A stretch of 64,000 nucleotides of DNA from an uncultured bacterium. GTDB taxonomy: Bacteria; Bipolaricaulota; Bipolaricaulia; UBA7950; UBA9294. Below the pieces are notes generated by a model. The model saw only the letters and a program-made list of their open reading frames with translations, was not told where the DNA came from and did no database searches. The position numbers and the translations under genes are program-made. Numbering within the stretch: position 1 is the first letter of the stretch; each line of letters begins with the position of its first letter. Below are positions 35,688-45,816 of the stretch, in pieces. The stretch spans positions 2,372-66,371 of the forward strand of contig CBDUVB010000006.1 in the NCBI GenBank assembly GCA_965370555.1. The letters are read 5' to 3'.

Positions 35688-37058
35688 CTATAAGTTTCCT
35701 ATCTGTACGATGATGTTATCCAACCGCTGCGCTAAGCTTTCCAAGCTATAGTATTCTCTCCCTAAGTCGAAGTTTCGCTCGACCATCGCCTGTCGCGCTG
35801 AAGAATCGGTAAGAACCTCGATGGCCTTCTCCGTTGCACTCCTAATCATTGCCTCGCTGAGGCAGACCAATCCCGATTCGTCGGTCCTTTCTATATCACT
35901 CCCAAGAGAGATCACGTCGAAACCTTTCTCACGAATATCCGCTTGGTAAACGGGGTATTCAAAGATGGCAACGGGCAGCTTGGCTCGGATGGCCTCAAGA
36001 AATTGGTTTCCCCAACCCTCGAAAAGAGACGGATAAGTTACAACGTCGGCAAAGGTGTAGCAATCCCAGAGGGAGTAGAGGCGTTCTCCGTCGCTCTCTT
36101 CGCGCCGCGAACGGACCCTTTCCGCGATGAATCGAGCCTCGATCCCCGCGTGCTCGATCTTCCGTTTCAATCGCGAAAGGTACTTTTCCGTCCTGTCTTC
36201 CGAGTATCCGGCAAGGACGAGAACGACCCGATCATCTTTCGTGAACCGCCTTCCATCGTAGAGCCTGCCCTCCTGTAGCTTGGCGATGTTGGAGGGCTCG
36301 TTGAGCTCCTCGACGAGGTCGATGGCCAGCTCGATCCCTTTGCGTTCGACAATTCTGGTGGCTTGAAGAACGATGATGTCGTTCTCGTTGACTCCGATGG
36401 CCTCCCGAAAATCATGGTTGTAATCGTCAATGCACCATGGCTCGCCAGCGAAGTCAAACACGTTCGGAACGATTGTGGACTCCACCCCACTCCTTTGGCG
36501 AAGCTCCGCACGAACCAGACTGTTGATCACTACGTGGGTGACCAATGGATCTTTGGGAGGGAGGTATTCTTGGGCAATGCGTTGCACTACCGCGCAAGTT
36601 GGCGTCATCCCTCGGAACGTCTCCCAGTGAAAATCGTGATGGTGAGCGACAGCGGGGATCTTCCTCTTGCGGACCACGCTCGCGAAAGCAATGGCGGCAG
36701 GAAGGTTCACGCCGATCGACCAGATATTGTTAGGAATGAGTAGGCCGAGGGAGAACTCGTCGATGAACGAACAGAGATCCTTTTCTATAAGATCGGCCAC
36801 TTCAAAAATATCCCTTTCCAGGATTGCCTCGCTCTCGTAGTCGGTGAGCCGACCAAAGGCATTACGATGGATCCTCTCGATATTTTCACGATGGTGATAC
36901 ATTTCTTCGATGAGGAATCCTTCAGCCTTCCCGAGGTCTCCGCCACAGAGGTGAACTGTGTGCCCCAACCCTTCCAGAACAACCTTCCACTTGTCCATCT
37001 CCAGGGAGACGCCGTCCGTATCTCCAATTTTGTAATGGCAAATACCAATCGTAGTCAT
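35688..37058 (-). CDS. Glycosyltransferase family 4 (GT-B, retaining) protein
   Basis: C-terminal GT4 motif (EGWGNQFLEA, a variant of E-x7-E). 456 aa. Co-directional and tightly spaced with the GT-A gene and glycerate kinase. Confidence 0.7.
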   Translation of the reverse strand: MTTIGICHYKIGDTDGVSLEMDKWKVVLEGLGHTVHLCGGDLGKAEGFLIEEMYHHRENIERIHRNAFGRLTDYESEAILERDIFEVADLIEKDLCSFIDEFSLGLLIPNNIWSIGVNLPAAIAFASVVRKRKIPAVAHHHDFHWETFRGMTPTCAVVQRIAQEYLPPKDPLVTHVVINSLVRAELRQRSGVESTIVPNVFDFAGEPWCIDDYNHDFREAIGVNENDIIVLQATRIVERKGIELAIDLVEELNEPSNIAKLQEGRLYDGRRFTKDDRVVLVLAGYSEDRTEKYLSRLKRKIEHAGIEARFIAERVRSRREESDGERLYSLWDCYTFADVVTYPSLFEGWGNQFLEAIRAKLPVAIFEYPVYQADIREKGFDVISLGSDIERTDESGLVCLSEAMIRSATEKAIEVLTDSSARQAMVERNFDLGREYYSLESLAQRLDNIIVQIGNL

Positions 37059-37110
37059 AGCTATCCCCTTAGATCGCTGAATACGGAGGCTCTGTGACTC
37101 TCACACCCTG

Positions 37111-38037
37111 TTACCCCTTCACTCCGCCCGCGGTAAGCCCTTCCGTCAGAAACCGTTCTAGAGCGAGAAAGAGGATCACAACCGGTATCGTCATCACGGT
37201 CGAAGCAGCCATGACAACATGTGGACGAGGGGTAGGATCGTTAAAGATCATGCTGATCTTGATCGGCATGGTGAACATCACACGGCTGTTCAGGAATACG
37301 AGGGCGTACAGGAACTCGTTCCAGGCGATCATGAACGTGTAAATGGAGACGGAGACTAACGCAGGAATCGATAAGGGTAACGTGATCCGCCAAATGACGC
37401 CCGAACGGCTGCACCCATCGATCAGGCCAGCCTGCTCAATCTCGGCGGGGATCGTACGGAAGTAGTTGGCCAGCATGTACAGTGCCACGGGTAAGGTCTG
37501 TGCCAAGTACGTGATGATCAGTATGGGGAGGTTATCCTGAACACCGAACCCGAACCGCGCACCGATCCGGGCGATCATCGCAAAGAGGGGGATGATCAGT
37601 AAGACCCCGGGGAAGAGATAAACGAGGAGAATACCGTTGAGCAGCAAGCTCTTCCCCCGGAAACGCAGCCTGGCGATGGCGTAGGCCCCTAGTGTTGATA
37701 GGATAACCGCAACGATCGCCGTGGGAATCGCGACCTTTATGCTATTGACGATATTGGCGCCGAAGTTCCAAAAGTGAGGAGTGTTTGGATCGAACAACTC
37801 TTTGTAGGCATCCCAGCGCAGCACACTGGGAACGTAGACGGCTTCGCGGCTGCCAATCTCCGCGTAGGTCTTGAACGACGAGCTGACCATCCAATAGAAG
37901 GGGAACAGGATGCTGGTGAGGAAGAAGGTCAAGATCAACGCGAAGACAAAACGGGGCAAGGTGATCGACCGCGCCAGGCGATCGATCAAATTTAAGCGTT
38001 CGTTTTTCGATGATCTTGGGGAGCTATCGTGCATCAT
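37111..38037 (-). CDS. Carbohydrate ABC transporter permease (MalG-type)
   Basis: Six TM segments with the EAA-like loop (…IDGCSRSGVIWRITLPL…) of CUT1 permeases. Confidence 0.85.
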   Translation of the reverse strand: MMHDSSPRSSKNERLNLIDRLARSITLPRFVFALILTFFLTSILFPFYWMVSSSFKTYAEIGSREAVYVPSVLRWDAYKELFDPNTPHFWNFGANIVNSIKVAIPTAIVAVILSTLGAYAIARLRFRGKSLLLNGILLVYLFPGVLLIIPLFAMIARIGARFGFGVQDNLPILIITYLAQTLPVALYMLANYFRTIPAEIEQAGLIDGCSRSGVIWRITLPLSIPALVSVSIYTFMIAWNEFLYALVFLNSRVMFTMPIKISMIFNDPTPRPHVVMAASTVMTIPVVILFLALERFLTEGLTAGGVKG

Positions 38038-38048
38038 GGCTGACTCCT

Positions 38049-39005
38049 TTACCCTTTCTCTTGCATCACGGTGCGTGCATATACCAGCATGAAGGTCCCC
38101 AGGATGACCAACAGAATCATGGCGTTGGCCGCTCCTTTGCCGAAGTTGAATGCCCTGAAGCTAAACTGATAAGTAAGCACCGGTAGGACGTTGGTGCCGA
38201 AGCCTCCCCCGGTTAGCAGGAATATGTCATCGAACTTATTGAAGGTCCAGATCAACCGAAGGAGAAAGACAGCACCCAGAACGTACCTCAATTCAGGCAT
38301 GGTGATATTTCGAAACTTATCCCAGGCATTGGCACCATCAACGCCGGCCGCCTCGTACATGGTCTTATCGATCGCTTGAAGCCGAGCCAATATCATCAAC
38401 ATGGCGAACGGAAAATAGCGCCACGCAGTAAAAATGATCACCAATACCAGAGCGAGACCGCGTGTAGCGAGATACGCTCTCGGAGCATCGATCGCGCCTA
38501 ACCGCATCAATAGATCGTTCAGCACACCAGACGGGCGTGGATCGAGGATCCAACGCCAGACGAACGCTACGCTGACGATCGGCGCGATATAGGGGAATAG
38601 GAAGATGGCACGCACCGTTCCCCGACCACGGAACGGTCGGTTGAGTAACAATGCGGCTATTAGACCGAGAAGCACGGTGACAAATGTTGAGACGAATGAA
38701 TATACAATACTGGTGACCGCTGCTCCCCATACACGTAAGTTTTGATACTTGAACGCAAAATCGTTGACTACATGGCGATAGTTATCCCAACCCACGAATG
38801 GCGCATGGAAAACGTCGTTCAGGTTTCGCAGGGTAACGTCGTGAAAGCTGATCCAGACACTGAAAATAGCGGGAAAGAGAACCAATCCAAAGACAATTAA
38901 AGCCGTGGGGGAGATTAACATCCAGGCGAGGTGCGATTCCTGAGCCTGAAGAGAGTTCCATCGACCTGTCGCAGGCAATAACCCCTTCACAGCCATGAAA
39001 TTCAA
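38049..39005 (-). CDS. Carbohydrate ABC transporter permease (MalF-type)
   Basis: TM topology and an EAA loop (…YEAAGVDGANAWDKFRNITMPEL…). Confidence 0.85.
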   Translation of the reverse strand: MNFMAVKGLLPATGRWNSLQAQESHLAWMLISPTALIVFGLVLFPAIFSVWISFHDVTLRNLNDVFHAPFVGWDNYRHVVNDFAFKYQNLRVWGAAVTSIVYSFVSTFVTVLLGLIAALLLNRPFRGRGTVRAIFLFPYIAPIVSVAFVWRWILDPRPSGVLNDLLMRLGAIDAPRAYLATRGLALVLVIIFTAWRYFPFAMLMILARLQAIDKTMYEAAGVDGANAWDKFRNITMPELRYVLGAVFLLRLIWTFNKFDDIFLLTGGGFGTNVLPVLTYQFSFRAFNFGKGAANAMILLVILGTFMLVYARTVMQEKG

Positions 39006-39119
39006 CCTCCCAATCTATCAGCGGGGGAGACTTTTACGGTGAGAAATCGACCCCAAAGGTAGAGAGTTAAATGGGGACGCGACGGTACGCCGCGTCCCCG
39101 ACTCGTTAAGTATTGACTC

Positions 39120-40457
39120 CTACTGGCGTTCGGCCAGCATTGCCTCAACCTGCCCCTGCAGCCATGCAGCAGCGGTCTCAGGTGTCATGATCCCTTCCAG
39201 AGCGATGTTGCTGATGGCCTGTGAAATTAACAGCCGCCCTTCGATGTCGCCAATCACGGCTCGCTCCATCGGGTCGTAATCCGGTCGGAAGAGCCACCGC
39301 TGCATCGTCTCGAAGCCGTTGGCGATCTGATCGAGCGTGTCACTCGAGTAGTAAGCGAAAAACGGGCTAAGCTCCTTCCAACCGTCCACCGCACTCGCCA
39401 GCACGGGGATCTTCCCGAACGGGGCGAGGGACAGAACATCGATGTAGCCTTCGGTCAGGAAGTATTCGACGACCTTCTGTGCAGCGGGGTCGGCTCCCTT
39501 CATGATCCCGAGGGTAACCAGCTGTCCGTACGTAGCAGAGCCGCCAGGCCCGACCATCTTCGGTGCAAAGCCTGTATTGAGCGCCAGGTCTTCTACGGCG
39601 ATCTGGATCTGGCCGCCGCCCTCCATGCCAGAACCATCCACTAAGTCATCCATGATGTAGGTGCTGTAGATGAGCATCCCGGCCTGATCGAGTTCGTAGG
39701 CCTCACGCGCCCCACGCCAATATTGCGGTCCAGGAACGGCAGCACTCTGTAGGTCGGTGTAGAATCGCAGAGCTGCGATCATCTCCGGCGTGTTCATGGT
39801 GACGTTGCCATCCACGTCGAACGGCCAGGCATCGTTGGACATCGCAACCTGCTCGAAGACCTGATGCGGGTAGTTCTGACCGGGATCCGTACCGAGGGTC
39901 AGAGCGTAGAGCAAGTTCCCTGTTCCAGGAAGCACCTCAGCCGCAGCATTGATGTCGGCCCAGGAGACCGGCGGAGTAAGGCCTGCTTCCTTAAACACAT
40001 CGACACGATACCAGATAGCCTGAACCCAGCCGTCGTAAGGAATCGCTGCATACTTGCCAGTCGCAGGGTTTATCACCATTGCCAATGGGCCGGCGCGGAA
40101 GTCGCTCTTCCCGACGCTGGCGATTGTAGCCTCAGCAGCGTCTTCATCCATTAACCCATCAGCGGCGAAAACCGCTACGCGCTCGATCCCCAAGCGAACG
40201 ATATCCGGCAGATTATTGGCGGCCATCGCAGTGGCGATCCGTTGGCTAACATCGGCCTCTTGAATCGGTATGATTTGCACTTCAATGCCCGGGTTCTCGG
40301 CCATGAATTGCGCCGCGACAGCTTCGTAAACAGCAACACGATCAGGCTCGTTGTCCGTCGTCCAGAACTCCACCACCGTCTTATCAGCCGCGTAAACCGT
40401 AACCAAGCCGACCAGCAGCAGACCAATAACTAGTAAACCTTTCACGCCTTTTTTCAT
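39120..40457 (-). CDS. ABC transporter extracellular solute-binding protein (family 1, sugar)
   Basis: Signal peptide with anchor (MKKGVKGLLVIGLLLVGLV...) and an SBP_bac_1 fold. 445 aa. Confidence 0.8.
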   Translation of the reverse strand: MKKGVKGLLVIGLLLVGLVTVYAADKTVVEFWTTDNEPDRVAVYEAVAAQFMAENPGIEVQIIPIQEADVSQRIATAMAANNLPDIVRLGIERVAVFAADGLMDEDAAEATIASVGKSDFRAGPLAMVINPATGKYAAIPYDGWVQAIWYRVDVFKEAGLTPPVSWADINAAAEVLPGTGNLLYALTLGTDPGQNYPHQVFEQVAMSNDAWPFDVDGNVTMNTPEMIAALRFYTDLQSAAVPGPQYWRGAREAYELDQAGMLIYSTYIMDDLVDGSGMEGGGQIQIAVEDLALNTGFAPKMVGPGGSATYGQLVTLGIMKGADPAAQKVVEYFLTEGYIDVLSLAPFGKIPVLASAVDGWKELSPFFAYYSSDTLDQIANGFETMQRWLFRPDYDPMERAVIGDIEGRLLISQAISNIALEGIMTPETAAAWLQGQVEAMLAERQ

Positions 40458-40693
40458 CTTCTTTTCCTCCTTAAAGCAGAAATCCTTTTTGCCTTGCGAG
40501 CTACTCCGTTCGGATACCTCGTTCTAAGTACCTGAATCGATCACCTCCGGGAAAAAAATGAGAGGTAGAATTTGTTATGCCAAATATAGCACGTCTCGCA
40601 TACTCTGTCAAGAGGGGAGGAACGACGAATATCTTGCTGAAAGGTGTAGGAAGGAGGGTAAAGAACGCGTTCTAGACCTACTGCAGAGCCCTC

Positions 40694-42139
40694 TCAGTTT
40701 TCGTGAGGTATAACAGCCTGCAAAATCTCCCGCGTCTTCTCGACCGCTTCCTGGGGGAGAACCCGGCCGGAGATTGCGCTTTCCATCATCAGCTGGATCT
40801 GCTTGGAGACTCTCGCGTATTCCGGGATGCTCGATCGTGTACGCGCACTATGCAGAAATTGTGAGACCCGGCGAGAGAACCAACCTTGTTCCGTATCCAG
40901 GGTCTCCACTACGGAGACACGCGTCGGACTGCGACCGGTCTTTGTGCAGAATTCCCTCATTAAGGGAGGGCTTACCACCCGCTTCAGGATATCGAGTGCC
41001 AGTTTCGCGTCCTTTGATTGGCGGAAGATAACGTAAGCCATCCCTCCGGCGACCGTTGCTTGCGCCCCACCGGGACCGGCCGGAACAGGAATGCAACCGA
41101 CTCTGTTTCGGAAGGTCTCATCGTCCCATCCAGATTCCTCCTGAATCAGCGGTTTCTCGTAGCTCCCACCAACGGCCAAGGCTGCATTACCTTTTGCGAA
41201 GAGGCGCGCCGGGCGATCCCACGCGTAGGAGACAACCTCGGGAGAGGCCACTCGGTACTTGTAAACGAGTGAGCTAAGAAATTCGAGCGCAATGACCGCT
41301 TGTTCACCCAGCGCCACTTTTCCATCCGAAAACAGGCATCCACCCGTCGACCAGAGAAATGGGAGAAGCTGATAGGTAGTCGTCTCCCCAGCTCGGCAAC
41401 TGGCCACAAAGGTCAGGGGAAACTCGACGAAACGTTTGAAGTACTTTGCCGTCCGCACCAGATCGTCCCACGTCTGTGGCGGAGTCTGCCCCTCTCGTTC
41501 GAACCAATCCTTCCGGTACCAGATCACCGAGACATTCGCCTCCGGCTGAATCCCATACAATGCCGGAGTCGACCGATCCACAAACGCCGGGAAGAGATCC
41601 GCTTTGAAGGTCTCCGTCCACTCGCGGTCAAGGATATCCAGTCTTTTCAGGAAGCGGAGGTCCGCAAACTCGCTCACCCACGCCCAGTCGATTAGGGCAA
41701 TGTCAGGAGCCTCTCCTCGTCCTACTGCCGAGAGAATCTTCGCACGAAGTTGAGGGCGCCCAAGGGTTTCCACTTCTAGCCTAACTCTGGGGCTCTTTTG
41801 TTCACTGTTGTAAATTGAAACGGCCTTGTTCAAGGATGGAAGCCACAGATCTTCCGTTACGATCACGCGTAGAGATAGCGCCGTCTCGCCACGATGGTGG
41901 TTGACAAAAGTCCCACTCCCCTGTTGGCGGTAAAGAAAGCCCTCATTGACCAGCTCGGCTAGCGCCTGACGAACAGGGGCTCGGCTGATTTCAAACTGCT
42001 CGCACAGCTCATACTCAGTCGGTATGCGATCACCTGACCTGAATTTTCCGTCTCCGATCTTCTCTTTGATGATCTCTTTTAACTGACGGTATATAGGCAG
42101 GGAGGCCTGTTTATCGATGCTGCGTTCTAAATCTCGCAT
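40694..42139 (-). CDS. GntR-family HTH regulator fused to a periplasmic-binding-protein-like (SBP family 1) effector domain
   Basis: N-terminal GntR wHTH (…YRQLKEIIKEKIGDGKFRSGDRIPTEYELCEQFEISRAPVRQALAELVNEGFLYRQQGSGTFV…) followed by ~400 aa resembling sugar-binding proteins. The start was moved to ATG 42139 (SD GGGGAGG). Confidence 0.75.
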   Translation of the reverse strand: MRDLERSIDKQASLPIYRQLKEIIKEKIGDGKFRSGDRIPTEYELCEQFEISRAPVRQALAELVNEGFLYRQQGSGTFVNHHRGETALSLRVIVTEDLWLPSLNKAVSIYNSEQKSPRVRLEVETLGRPQLRAKILSAVGRGEAPDIALIDWAWVSEFADLRFLKRLDILDREWTETFKADLFPAFVDRSTPALYGIQPEANVSVIWYRKDWFEREGQTPPQTWDDLVRTAKYFKRFVEFPLTFVASCRAGETTTYQLLPFLWSTGGCLFSDGKVALGEQAVIALEFLSSLVYKYRVASPEVVSYAWDRPARLFAKGNAALAVGGSYEKPLIQEESGWDDETFRNRVGCIPVPAGPGGAQATVAGGMAYVIFRQSKDAKLALDILKRVVSPPLMREFCTKTGRSPTRVSVVETLDTEQGWFSRRVSQFLHSARTRSSIPEYARVSKQIQLMMESAISGRVLPQEAVEKTREILQAVIPHEN

Positions 42140-42343
42140 AAGAATACCTCCCCTCAGAGCACCCGATCGACCCTCCGTAAGTTTTACCACACTATACAGG
42201 TAAAGGCCAAGGAAAAACTGAAGCGAGCGGTCAGGTCTATATTGGTTGTTACGACGTCAAGGAATATCCTGTTGTAACGTCGGGGATCGTTCAGGTACCC
42301 TTAACAGGGAGAAACCACGGAAAGATCTAACCAAAGGAGTACC

Positions 42344-43423
42344 ATGGAGAGAGGCTATTTTGGCGGAGTGGACGTCGGGGGAAGCAAGGTGAGGGTACTG
42401 ATCGCCGATTACGCGGGGACGATCATCTCGCGTGATGAGAAACCACTCTGCCCCCAAGAGGGGCTCTTTAAGCAGTGGCGTGACGGGACCGCCTACTACG
42501 GGATCGCGGCGCAGATAAAGCAGATGTTTGGCCAACTCCTTAATTCCGCAGATATCTCCGCCCTCACCGCGATCGGGATTGGTTCGGCAGGGCCGTTGCA
42601 GGATGGAGCAGTCGTCAACTCCCCTAATACCAATCTCCCCCCGATTCCTGCGGGGCTTCCACGTGAGCCTATCTACCTTCCACTGACAGAGCCGCTTCAG
42701 GCCGCCTTTTCGACCTCGATTCAGCTAGAGAACGACTGCAACACCGCCGTTCTGGGCGAGGTCATCTACGGGGTGGGAAAGAAGGCCGTGGATAAGAGCT
42801 GTTTGCACCTGGTATACGTCACGCTGAGTACCGGGCTCGGGGCGGGGGTATGGACTGGCGGCCACCTCCTTCGCGGGAAGGACGGGAATGCGGCCGAGAT
42901 CGGGCACATCCTCGTCAAAGAGGGAGGGCTCCGTTGCGGATGCGGAAACGATGGCTGTGCAGAGGCCTATTGCTCGGGAAACGGGATAGAGAGCAACGCC
43001 AGGGCCCAGTTGCTCGCGGAGAAGCTCCCCAAGAGGCTTCCCTTGATCGAACTGGCAACGAATGTGGCTACACGTGCTGGCCAGACAGTCGATAGAGAAG
43101 ACCCCTCCTCGTTTCTACCATTCGTCAAGGCTCCTCTCATATTTCAGGCGGAGAAGATGGGAGACCCGATCGCGCACGCGGTAATCTGGGAGATGACTCA
43201 CTACGGTGGGATTGTCCTCGCCGCGATCGCCAACGCTTACGACCCTGACGTAATCACCCTCGGCGGAAGCATCGCAATCGCACATCCACACCTCGTCGAA
43301 CCGATGCACAAAGAGATGCTTCACCACTTAAACGTGGTCCCACCTACGGTACAGATAACCCCGTTGGGAAAAATGGCAGTGGAATACGGAGCGATCGCCT
43401 TAGCACAACACACGCTTGAGTGA
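42344..43423 (+). CDS. ROK-family sugar kinase (glucokinase-like)
   Basis: N-terminal GVDVGGSKV phosphate-1 motif, a ROK zinc motif (CGCGNDGCAEAYCSG) and no HTH. Confidence 0.8.
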   Translation: MERGYFGGVDVGGSKVRVLIADYAGTIISRDEKPLCPQEGLFKQWRDGTAYYGIAAQIKQMFGQLLNSADISALTAIGIGSAGPLQDGAVVNSPNTNLPPIPAGLPREPIYLPLTEPLQAAFSTSIQLENDCNTAVLGEVIYGVGKKAVDKSCLHLVYVTLSTGLGAGVWTGGHLLRGKDGNAAEIGHILVKEGGLRCGCGNDGCAEAYCSGNGIESNARAQLLAEKLPKRLPLIELATNVATRAGQTVDREDPSSFLPFVKAPLIFQAEKMGDPIAHAVIWEMTHYGGIVLAAIANAYDPDVITLGGSIAIAHPHLVEPMHKEMLHHLNVVPPTVQITPLGKMAVEYGAIALAQHTLE

Positions 43424-43424
43424 T

Positions 43425-44414
43425 CTAATTTGCTATCTCGCAGACGAGCCTGTAGATCTCTGGGTCAAAGTTTCCGCTCGGACGATCAATCTCTGCTAAC
43501 GAGAGCGTGGCCACCTTCTGACCGATAAGAGCGGTCATCAGACCAACAGCCCCATCGGCAAGCAATCTCACAGCGGCATCTCCCAAACGTGAAGCGAGGA
43601 TCCGATCGAACGCACTCGGTGATCCTCCACGCTGCAGGTGCCCAAGGATGGTCAACCGGGTCTCGATCCTCCCCGACTCCTCGAGGAAGACACTCAACGT
43701 GCGTCCGGCAGACATCCGCTCAATAGCGGGAGGAGGGTTGGGGGTGAACCCCTCCGCGACAACGATGATCGAATGGTGCTTTCCCTTGCGTAGTCCCTCT
43801 TCCACCTGGGCCGCCACCTGCTCCAGGGAGAGCGGGACCTCAGGAACGAGGACCAGTTCCGCCCCACCGGCGAGGCCTCCCATCAGGGCAATGTAGCCCG
43901 AGCTTCGTCCCATTACCTCGACAACGAACGTCCGGTCGTGCGAGACCGCGGTATCGCGGATACGATCGAGGCTCTCCATCACCGTGTTCAACGCCGTATC
44001 GACACCGATCGCCATCGCTGTCCCGTAGATGTCGTTATCGATCGACGCCGGGATCCCCACCACAGAAACACCCTGTCCCTGCAGCCACTTCGCCCCCTTC
44101 AGCGAGCCGTTCCCCCCGATGACAACAAGGCCATCGAGAGACCACTCCTTGATAGTCGCGAGAGCCTTTCCTTGCCCCTCCTCTGTGAGGAAGACAGCCG
44201 AACGGGCACTCCCGAGGAAGGTTCCCCCGCGCTCAATGATCCCACCGACGGCACGGTTGTCGAGGGGGAGGAGATCGCCTTCGATCAGTCCGGCGAACCC
44301 ACGCCTGATCCCGACCATCTCCAGGCCGTGCCCTGTTCCACAACGAACCGCCGCACGAACGGCAGCGTTCATCCCGGGGGAGTCCCCCCCACTCGTAAGA
44401 ATTCCTATGCGCAT
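43425..44414 (-). CDS. pfkA: 6-phosphofructokinase
   Basis: MRIGILTSGGDSPGMNAAVRAAV..., the GGDGS loop (VVIGGNGSL) and a PFK fold. 329 aa. Confidence 0.85.
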   Translation of the reverse strand: MRIGILTSGGDSPGMNAAVRAAVRCGTGHGLEMVGIRRGFAGLIEGDLLPLDNRAVGGIIERGGTFLGSARSAVFLTEEGQGKALATIKEWSLDGLVVIGGNGSLKGAKWLQGQGVSVVGIPASIDNDIYGTAMAIGVDTALNTVMESLDRIRDTAVSHDRTFVVEVMGRSSGYIALMGGLAGGAELVLVPEVPLSLEQVAAQVEEGLRKGKHHSIIVVAEGFTPNPPPAIERMSAGRTLSVFLEESGRIETRLTILGHLQRGGSPSAFDRILASRLGDAAVRLLADGAVGLMTALIGQKVATLSLAEIDRPSGNFDPEIYRLVCEIAN

Positions 44415-44533
44415 GATCCGTTAGCATACTCCAGAGGTAAGACTAAGGGCAAGCTCGCCTGTTAAGACAATATCGGATTAGAGGGAGGCTTTACATGAAA
44501 GACTATGACGGGTCTTGACGCAAAGGGAAAGTT

Positions 44534-45733
44534 GTGGTAGACTTACTTCAAGGTCTTTTGCAAAAGTTTATAGCAAAAAGCAACCAACTCCTGGCAAAGA
44601 GAGGTTTTGTGTCCCAAGAGACGCTCAACACACAAAGGGTGAAGGAGGCGAACGTCATGCGGGTCTTCCTCGCACTGAAAGAGGATTCCCCGTCGACGAA
44701 GAACGACCTTTGTACCAACCTGAACCTCAGCCGCCCCACTGTCGATGGGGCGATCGCTTCTCTCCTCTCCCTTGATCTTATCACTCGCGATGGCCATGGC
44801 CCTTCGGAAGGGGGGCGGCGTGCTGTTCTCTACAAGTTCAACGGGAAGACACGCTACGCCATTGGCGGCGACCTCGAGCTGCCAGAGTTCAATCTCATCC
44901 TGTGCGGACTCGATGGGATACCGATCCTATCGAGGGGGTTCACCGTTCCGCAAGAATGTCTCACTGATCCGGAAAAGACCATCGCCTTCGTCGATGCAAG
45001 CATAAGAGTAATGATAGAAGAGGCAGGGGAAACGCTCGCTCGGACCATCGGGATCGGCTTAGGCGTTCCCGCATTCCTAAAAGGAGACACGATCACGATC
45101 TCCGGCCGCACCCTCCCCCGGTGGAAAGAGGTACCAGTAAAGTCAGTCTTAGAAAGACGGCTGAAGATTCCGGTATACGTGGATAATGACGTCAATTTCA
45201 TGGCCCTATCCGAGAACCACTCGATGGGTTATCAGGATAAGGTGATGAGCTACATTGCCTTACGAAGAGGGCTGAAGAATGATATCCGCATGGGGGGGAG
45301 CACCCTCCTTCGAGGGAAGGTATTTCACGGGGGGAGTGGGAACGCTTCTTCCTTACAGCATGCCTACGTGAAAGTGGATAATTTGGAGAAACGACAAAAG
45401 GAGGCGGCAATATCCGTGAAGGCCGCCGATGAACTCGCCGTCCTCATTGCCTCCCGCCTCATCGACCCCATTAAACAGACGGTAAGGCTCTTCGATCCGA
45501 ACCGACTCGTGATCAACGCAAAAATCCTTCAAACGGCAGAAGAAGCATTCATCGAACGGATAACGACTCAACTCAATGAAGAACTTAGTAGCGAATTCAA
45601 TTGGGAAATCAAGGTGCGTAAAGCACAGGATCAACCCTTTAGTTGTGCAAAAGGAGGCGCGTTATTCGTCTTACAGAAACTCTTCAACCGCCCAAGTAAG
45701 TTGATAAAGGAGTTAGCCGCCTCTCCATCTTGA
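44534..45733 (+). CDS. ROK-family transcriptional regulator (NagC/Mlc/XylR-like: wHTH plus sugar-kinase-like domain)
   Basis: N-terminal wHTH (…NDLCTNLNLSRPTVDGAIASLLSLDLI…) and a ROK domain. GTG start; the exact start is uncertain. Confidence 0.65.
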   Translation: MVDLLQGLLQKFIAKSNQLLAKRGFVSQETLNTQRVKEANVMRVFLALKEDSPSTKNDLCTNLNLSRPTVDGAIASLLSLDLITRDGHGPSEGGRRAVLYKFNGKTRYAIGGDLELPEFNLILCGLDGIPILSRGFTVPQECLTDPEKTIAFVDASIRVMIEEAGETLARTIGIGLGVPAFLKGDTITISGRTLPRWKEVPVKSVLERRLKIPVYVDNDVNFMALSENHSMGYQDKVMSYIALRRGLKNDIRMGGSTLLRGKVFHGGSGNASSLQHAYVKVDNLEKRQKEAAISVKAADELAVLIASRLIDPIKQTVRLFDPNRLVINAKILQTAEEAFIERITTQLNEELSSEFNWEIKVRKAQDQPFSCAKGGALFVLQKLFNRPSKLIKELAASPS

Positions 45734-45816
45734 TATACCAAGGAGGTGATAGTAGCAGAGTGATAATCTTTTTCGGGCTAGAAGTGGCGTCAAGAACAGT
45801 ATAAGGAGGCTTAGAG

